This document shows positions 56,648-64,000 of a stretch of DNA of 64,000 nucleotides, piece after piece. The stretch comes from Eledone cirrhosa (taxonomy: Eukaryota). Position 1 is the first letter of the stretch; the number at the start of each line of letters is the position of its first letter. The stretch covers positions 66,340,001-66,404,000 of the forward strand of contig OZ024746.1 of the NCBI GenBank assembly GCA_964016885.1. The letters run 5' to 3'. The notes under the pieces were generated by a model. That model ran no database searches and was not told where the DNA came from. It saw nothing but the letters and a program-made list of their open reading frames with translations. The translations under genes and the position numbers were made by a program.

Positions 56648-57480
56648 ATAATAATTTCTACTATGGGCACAAGTCCAGCAATTTTAGGGGAGGGGAAAGT
56701 CGATTAAATCGACCCCAGTACTTACTGCTGCATTATTTTATCGATCCCGTAAGGATGAAATGGAAAGCTAACCACGGCGCTATTTGAACACATGACGTAA
56801 AGGGCCATAACACTCTGTCGCGAAACAGGGTGTCCGATGCTCGACCGAGACTGTCTATCGACTGCCTCCTAATAACAATAACAATGGTTTTTTATTTAGG
56901 CGCAATGCCAACAATTTTAGTGGAGGGGAATCTATGAAATCGACTCCAGTGCATTTTCTGGTACTTTATTTTATCGACCACGTAGTGATGAAAGACAGCT
57001 ATCCTCGGCAGGATTTGAACTCAGAGCGTAACCCTATGCTATAAAGTCTGACGCGCTACCGATTCTGCCCAAATAAAAATAATGATTTCTAGTATAGGCA
57101 CAAGGCCAGTAATTTGGGGGAAAGGGTCAAATCGATTAAATCGACCCCAGTGCATTATTGGTGCTTTATTTTATCGACCCCGTAAGGATAAAAGGCAAAT
57201 TAACCTCGGCAGGATTTGAACTCAGACCTTAAAGGACCGTAACTCTATGCTGCAAAGCATGCTGTCCGACTCTCTACCAATACTGCCAATCCACCGCCCT
57301 TTGCCCAAATAATAATAATTGTTTCTACGTTTGGCACAAGGCCAGCAAATCCCCGGTACATTACTGGTACTTTATTTTATCGACCCCGTAAGGATGAAAG
57401 GCAAAATTAACCTCGGCGGGATTTGAACTCAGTATGACAAGGGCCGTAAATCTATGCGTCAAAGCATGGTGTCCGACCCC
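56648..57480 (-). mobile_element. Cluster of four tandem SINE family 1 copies
   Basis: Four ggc(a/g)caa..ttttatcga..atttgaac units starting at about 56650, 56885, 57082 and 57313. Confidence 0.8.
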
Positions 57481-58777
57481 ATAATGATGGTGGAAACTAA
57501 AGGGGGATTTAATAGTAATAAATAAAAAAAATAATAATTCCCTTAGATTGTCATGAAGATTTATCGCTTTCCATTCATTCTTTTTCTGAAACTCATGACA
57601 ATAGGACAGAAGAAGTTGTAAATAGCAATACAATGGTTGATTTTGTTATTTTGCAAAAAAGAAGAAATAAATATGACAAAGTGATAACGCGTGTCAGTTA
57701 TAGTATTAGCTTTTGTAGCTACTCTTACAGTAATGCATAAATGTGTATATTGTTTAGTATGACAATCACATAATAACTACACGGGGAACTCACTGTGACT
57801 TTGTTTTACTTTAGTGTTGTATTTTGTATTACTTTGCTGTGAATTTATTCCGACATCTTAAGTTGACTTTTATTAGAATAGAGCAACTAGAAAAGGCTTA
57901 AAGTACAAACTTGGTGGCGGCGAATTAGTAAACTCCTTACAACTCCCCCCCCCCCCTCCCCCTGGACAGACTGCTTTGCGGTTCTGGGCACTCGTATATC
58001 AAATAAAGCTGAGGTCAATTTCACCTTTTATTCTTTCGGGGGACTTATTGCATTACAGTTGCTAGATGAATTGTTAAAACGTTTTAGGATATACCTTGTG
58101 AGTTTTTCTTCCGGCTTATTGAGTTCTGATTTCAATTCAGGTTGTAGCATTCCTGGGTAGTAAACTAAATCCGTTGTCCCGTTTAAACCCCCCCCCCCCC
58201 CCTCAACCTTAAGTGCCTTTCGCGGGGTCTACTCAGTTGTAAGCATTTCGTCTCTGGTCTAAAGAAAAGAAAAATTTGTTCTTCTTTTTAAGAACGCCCT
58301 GATAGGAAAATTAACTATATGACATTTTTCTGAATATATTAGTTGCATTTCTAAAGTAAACATTTCCTTCATGCATCTTGAATAACTTTCGTAACCAATA
58401 ATCGGCTTACTTTTCTGGAGCTAGTCTACGAAAAGCATACAGAATATAATTGTCAAAATGATACATTGTAAATATTGTAAATAATGCTTTTCTCCTGCAC
58501 GGTATAAATGTGATAAATGTTATTCTTTTACAAGAGTTACACGTTATTACATGATATAAGGAGGTCTCACGAGAAAACCACAAATAAAAATGTCATATTC
58601 TGGTAGACAGCATAACATATCTATAGTTCCTGCGTAGGAATTTCAAAACGAATACATATTTAAATGTTAATGATTAATAATTTGAAACACGCTGGGCTGT
58701 CTTTGTTTAATGAAGACACATTTGCAGACATTGCTGTCAATGGCTCATGCGCCGTATATATATACATATATATATAT

Positions 58778-58967
58778 ATAATTGTTTCTACTTTAGGCAC
58801 AAGGCCAGCAATTACCCAGTGCATTACTGGTACTTTTATTTTATCGACCCCGTAAGGATGAAAGGCAAAGTCAACCTCGACGGGATTTGAACTCAGATCG
58901 TAAAGGGACGTAACTATGCTGGAAAGCATGGCGTCCGACCCTCTACCGATACTGCCAATCCACCGAC
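58778..58967 (-). mobile_element. SINE family 1 (full length)
   Basis: Reverse complement of the family-1 sequence. Confidence 0.85.
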
Positions 58968-59128
58968 CTATATATATATATAATGAGAGCAAAATACTAT
59001 AGAGTAAAGCATGTCCAGATTTATTTGATAATATATATACATCATCTCTACCATTTTGAGTTCTCAACCATTTTGAATTCGTGTTTCGCGGGGGCCACTT
59101 CGGAAAAGAATCTGTCCTAGCGAGTTTG

Positions 59129-59203
59129 TCCCCTGAGACTCTAAAACTCGAGATTTATCCTTAATAAGGTATCTCGAAAGTGAGCGAAACCCATGGGTCG
59201 GGA
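59129..59203 (+). ncRNA. Variant hammerhead with shortened core
   Basis: tccc-CTGAGA-ctc..[tcgagat..atctcga]..gagc-GAAAcccatggGTC-ggga. Confidence 0.55.
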
Positions 59204-59578
59204 TTTAGTGATTTAATCCTGGTATGTATATAAGCAATTCTAACTTTAATTTTACCAAATTATGTATGGTTGAGCGTATATTTAATTAATTTCTACGTGC
59301 TGTTGAAATGTTGGGTAAATATTTATTTACTGTTTTTTCATAGGTACCTTTTATTCTTATAGCCTGGTCTAATTGATTTTTTGTGTGGTTAAATATGCTG
59401 ATTGGGAGTAGAGATGATGTATATATATTATTCAAATAATTCTGGACATGCTTTAATCTATAGTATATATATATATGTACATATATATATATGTATATGT
59501 ACATATATATGTATATATAAATGAATATATATATATATATGTATATGTACATATATATGTATATATAAATGAATATAC

Positions 59579-59632
<54 letters not shown>

Positions 59633-59857
59633 GTATGCATGTATATATATATTCATTTATATATACATATATGTATGTATGTATGCATATATATATATAT
59701 ATTCATTTATATATATATATGTATGTATGTATGCATATATATATATATATTCATTTATATATACATATATATATATATGTATGTATGTATGCATATATAT
59801 ATATATTCATTTATATATACATATATGTATGTATGTATGCATATATATATATTCATT

Positions 59858-59906
<49 letters not shown>

Positions 59907-59911
59907 CTGTG

Positions 59912-59994
<83 letters not shown>

Positions 59995-60034
59995 CATATA
60001 TATACACACACACACACACATTTATATATACATA

Positions 60035-60869
60035 CGAGGTGGGTCAGAAAAGTTCCAGGACTAATGCCACAAAAGATTTATTTCAAACCCAAACTTCACA
60101 CTAAGAGTTTTCTCCTCCAAATTAACCCCCCTGGAGTCTAATGCACTTTTCCATCATTTTCCACAACGCTTGCATGCACTCCTGAAACGATTCTTCCGGC
60201 ATCCTCCGCAGTTCCGTCGTCACGGCCTTATTGATGTCGTCCACCTCTTCAAAACGGGTCCCTGATCACCGGGGATGACTGACCCTAGCAAGTCTGATTC
60301 GGTTTCAAGACGCTCGAGGATGTCCTGGCACACTTGCATGCGTCGACCCCTCCTGGTCATCGTTCACCAGTTTTGGCACCATCTTCGTGCAGACTTTCCG
60401 CATGTCCAAATCTTCAGTGAGAATCTTCCAGACGCTGTCCCGATTCATGCCCAGCTCATTTGCCATCAGTCTATCAGTCAGCCGACGATGGCTACGCACC
60501 ATCTTCCTGACGCGCTCAACGTTGACCTCAGTCCTGGTTGTTGAGGGCCTTCCACACCTCGGGTCATCTTCCACGTCCTCGCGTCCTTCTTTACACCTCT
60601 TACACCACTCAAAAATAGGTGCAGCAACCCAGTACTTCTGACGGAGTTTTCAAGTTTGTTCATTGCTCTGTGCTCACTGCTTGACGACCTGAAACAGAGG
60701 ACATGTATATAAAATTACGAAGAAAAAAGTTCCATCGCTGCAGAGAGCTAAAATTACAGTTACATAGTCCAGGGGGATTACTTTGAAGGAGAACTCTCTT
60801 ATTGCGTGAAGTTTGGGTTTGAAATAAATCTTTTGTGACATCAGTCCTGGAACTTTTCTGACCCATCTC

Positions 60870-60870
<1 letters not shown>
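60035..60870 (-). mobile_element. Internally deleted mariner (Tc1/mariner) transposon
   Basis: TA flanks; TIR cgaggtgggtcagaaaagttccagga.. / ..tcctggaacttttctgacccatctcg. HTH region EDDPRCGRPST..MVPKL and C-terminus [18 protein letters not shown] are present; the catalytic DDD region is missing. Confidence 0.92.
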
Positions 60871-60919
<49 letters not shown>

Positions 60920-60924
<5 letters not shown>

Positions 60925-61130
60925 GAGATCAAAAGATGGTTAAAGGAGTTCCATATATTTTATTATGCGCATTTCAAAAACAAACATCATCAAGCAATAA
61001 TATTTGTGTTTTCATCAGATAAAACAGGAGAACATGATATGAAGGCTAAAAAAAACACTTGTTGATAGTGCAGTTTTAAATCAACATATTTGTACTACAA
61101 CATTATTGTACTACAATAAAACTCACCTCC

Positions 61131-61135
<5 letters not shown>
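60920..61135 (-). mobile_element. HHR element (intact HHR 60958-61024) with inverted tail; same family as 39123 and 44539
   Basis: ttttat-CTGATGA-aaacacaaatattatt..gatgatgtttgttttt-GAAAtgcgcATA-ataaaa. Confidence 0.8.
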
Positions 61136-61198
<63 letters not shown>

Positions 61199-61201
61199 TA
61201 T

Positions 61202-61258
<57 letters not shown>

Positions 61259-61275
61259 TATATGTATATATACGC

Positions 61276-61317
<42 letters not shown>

Positions 61318-61359
61318 GTGTATGTGTGTTTGTGGGTGTGTGTGCGTGTGTATGTGTGT

Positions 61360-61765
61360 ATACTCTCTTATTCTTTTACTCTTTTATCTGTTCCAGCCAT
61401 CCGACTGAGGCCATGCTGGGACACCGCTCTTGTTGCTACATATTCTCCAGCCTCTGTTGGCTGGCCATTGTTGCAAAAGGGAGTTCGCTGCTGCTGCCCT
61501 CAGGTTAACTTCGTACCGTACTGCGGGCTCATCCGGGGTCCTGGATAGCAGGGTTCGAGATGTTTCTTGAAAACTTCCACGTCCACACCATGCAGATCTT
61601 TGAAATCCCTTGACATTTTGTTGGGGAGTTGAGAGCCTTTGAACCCCAGGCTATTACAACATATGCTCCTTATTCTAGATGTAAAAGACGGGACATTTGA
61701 CACCACACAGTGGCGTCCTGTTTGGGGGTTAGTCCAGTTCCCAATGACGCAGTAGTTATTCTTAT
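61360..61765 (-). mobile_element. 3' end of a CR1/L2-like LINE with an (AAAAGA)-type tail
   Basis: Minus frame SLGFKGSQLPNKM..DLHGVDVEVFKKHLE; 3' tail gtgtcccagcatggcc..aaaagagtaaaaga. Confidence 0.55.
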
Positions 61766-61885
61766 CAAAATGGATATTTAAACGCTAATTCGGTATTGAG
61801 TACTCTTTTCTCCAGGCCGTCAAGTACATACGGATATATATATATGTATTTATATATATATATACATATATATACATAGATATGC

Positions 61886-62018
<133 letters not shown>

Positions 62019-62185
62019 GCAACATAAGATGCTGAGGTTACATATGTCGTTTAATCATACAGCATCTTATTTTGTTATTTTTATAAAATTCTCCATTGTA
62101 ACTAAACACGATTGTTGAGAGCTTTCTCGTGCTAACACCTGTTTTTACCAAAATAATCTTTTCCGAACACAATATATATATATAG

Positions 62186-62295
<110 letters not shown>

Positions 62296-62317
62296 ATATA
62301 TATATATATATATATAG

Positions 62318-62398
<81 letters not shown>

Positions 62399-62552
62399 AT
62401 ATATATATAGTAATATATATATATACCAGATACAAAAATGCGTACAGCAAAAAAAAGTAATATTGTTGGAATATAAACCTTTAAAAATACAGGACAAGAA
62501 ACTAAGATAAAACTTTAAAGAATTGGACAGAAATAATAAATTTGAAGACTAC

Positions 62553-62910
62553 ATATGACGTATTATCTTCGTTTTTCCGTTCATTGCCAGAGAACGTCTC
62601 TATGAACCACCGAAGAGAACATTAGTCTACGACGTCTTGTATACCATAAACGTGGTTCCGTCTTTGCGCGTAATTGTTTTTCACCGCTCCTATTAATGAC
62701 GTATTATATTCGTTTTTTCCCGTTCTTTGCCAGCGAACGTTACCACGAACCAAAGTATCGTCTTCCTGTCTTCCTCCGGTTGCAACGTTTTTTTAAATAT
62801 CCACTTCTGCGTTTACAGATTGACTTTGTTAGTTTCAGAAGATCCCGTTAAGGGTGAAAGCAGCGATTCTTTGCTTAAACTTTAATCTGTTATTTTAATA
62901 AATATATATA
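62553..62910 (+). mobile_element. Second copy of the PLE 3' UTR at 26257-26620, with the same variant HHR (62832-62880)
   Basis: Near-identical sequence; ends AATAAA then (TA)n. Confidence 0.85.
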
Positions 62911-62938
62911 TATATACTTATATATATATATATATATA

Positions 62939-63009
<71 letters not shown>

Positions 63010-63015
<6 letters not shown>

Positions 63016-63830
63016 ATGTAGTTGACGGCGGCCTGGAGAACAAAAAAACAGAGAGGCAGTACAAATGATATGGTTCTTAGTTTCACGTCATTTCGGACAT
63101 AAGCCCTTCATCAGGAGAACAGTGGTTGGAAGAGAGTTCCGAGAGTGTGTGGGGGAATGATGGAAAAACATAAAAAAAAAGTGGGGAGGGGCGGGAGGAA
63201 AAAATGTTTTAAAATATATATATATATAAATCCAGCTTACAATAACAAAGAAATAAAAATTGTCGAAATTATAGTTGACGACAATTAAATTGATACTGAT
63301 AATGGTAACCTTGAATTTGACGAAGGCGAATTTGAGACTGATGTTGTTAATGACTTTGCAGAGAACCTGCAACAACTATTGATATCCTTATGATTAGGCA
63401 GAGAGAACCTATATTTGAGTGGGTGGCAAAATATGGAGCGTGACATTCCTGTAATTCGCCAGAGCATTGGCAACTGAAGTAGAATGGTTTAATCTGGAGA
63501 TCAAAACCGCGTCAATTTCTAGCACTAGGTACGTCATCCTTTTATTTACCTCACACTTAGTAAATTGTTTGTGGGTGCGAATATATATATTTGCATTTCT
63601 CTACGAGTACACATATATGCGGCATGTGGAATGGGAATATTTGCAAGACTGTCAGTTTTACTGTTAGAAAAGTTGATTTGGAAATATGGCTGACCTTTTC
63701 ATCATCATGTACGTTATCTCAATTAATAACGCTCAAGTATGCACTGTAAATAAGCAACAATCATCCAGGTTGGATATGCAATTCTTCCATGAAGATCAAA
63801 TTATCGATCGCTTCACATATACTTTGCCCT
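63010..63830 (-). mobile_element. Highly decayed PLE (RT remnant) with an HHR-like motif at 63073-63120
   Basis: Minus-strand NLDDCC (YxDD-like) and KTDS..FPFH fragments; gttctc-CTGATGA-agggcttatgtcc-GAAA..agaac. Confidence 0.4.
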
Positions 63831-63863
63831 GCTAATCTCTCTCTATATCTCTATGTATCCCCC

Positions 63864-63961
<98 letters not shown>

Positions 63962-63966
63962 GTAAA

Positions 63967-64000
<34 letters not shown>

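Noticed and set aside
56648-57480. CRISPR-like repeat array
   Set aside because: Eukaryotic SINE copies; no constant short repeat with unique spacers and no cas genes.

Overview
AT-rich, microsatellite-dense animal genomic DNA. The SINE and LINE families and the (TA)n/(TG)n/(GA)n density suggest a coleoid cephalopod such as Octopus (inference from recalled repeat families, not checked). No host gene could be identified, and most ORF-track entries are microsatellite read-throughs. Recognisable elements: 5'-truncated Penelope-like (PLE) RT/GIY-YIG remnants of Naiad type, 3' ends of RTE, L1/Tx1 and CR1-like LINEs, an internally deleted mariner, about 20 tRNA-derived SINE copies and probable MITEs. 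The main signal is roughly 30 minimal type-I hammerhead ribozyme (HHR) motifs, intact or decayed, at about 25 loci. They belong to many unrelated short non-coding elements, mostly nested in (TA)n tracts, with the layout HHR, then often AATAAA, a tail and (TA)n. Many have palindromic stem III and compensatory stem changes. Many are perfect or near-perfect head-to-head fold-backs, and some fold-back junctions recur between independent copies. All structures were read by eye, so coordinates of decayed repeats are approximate.
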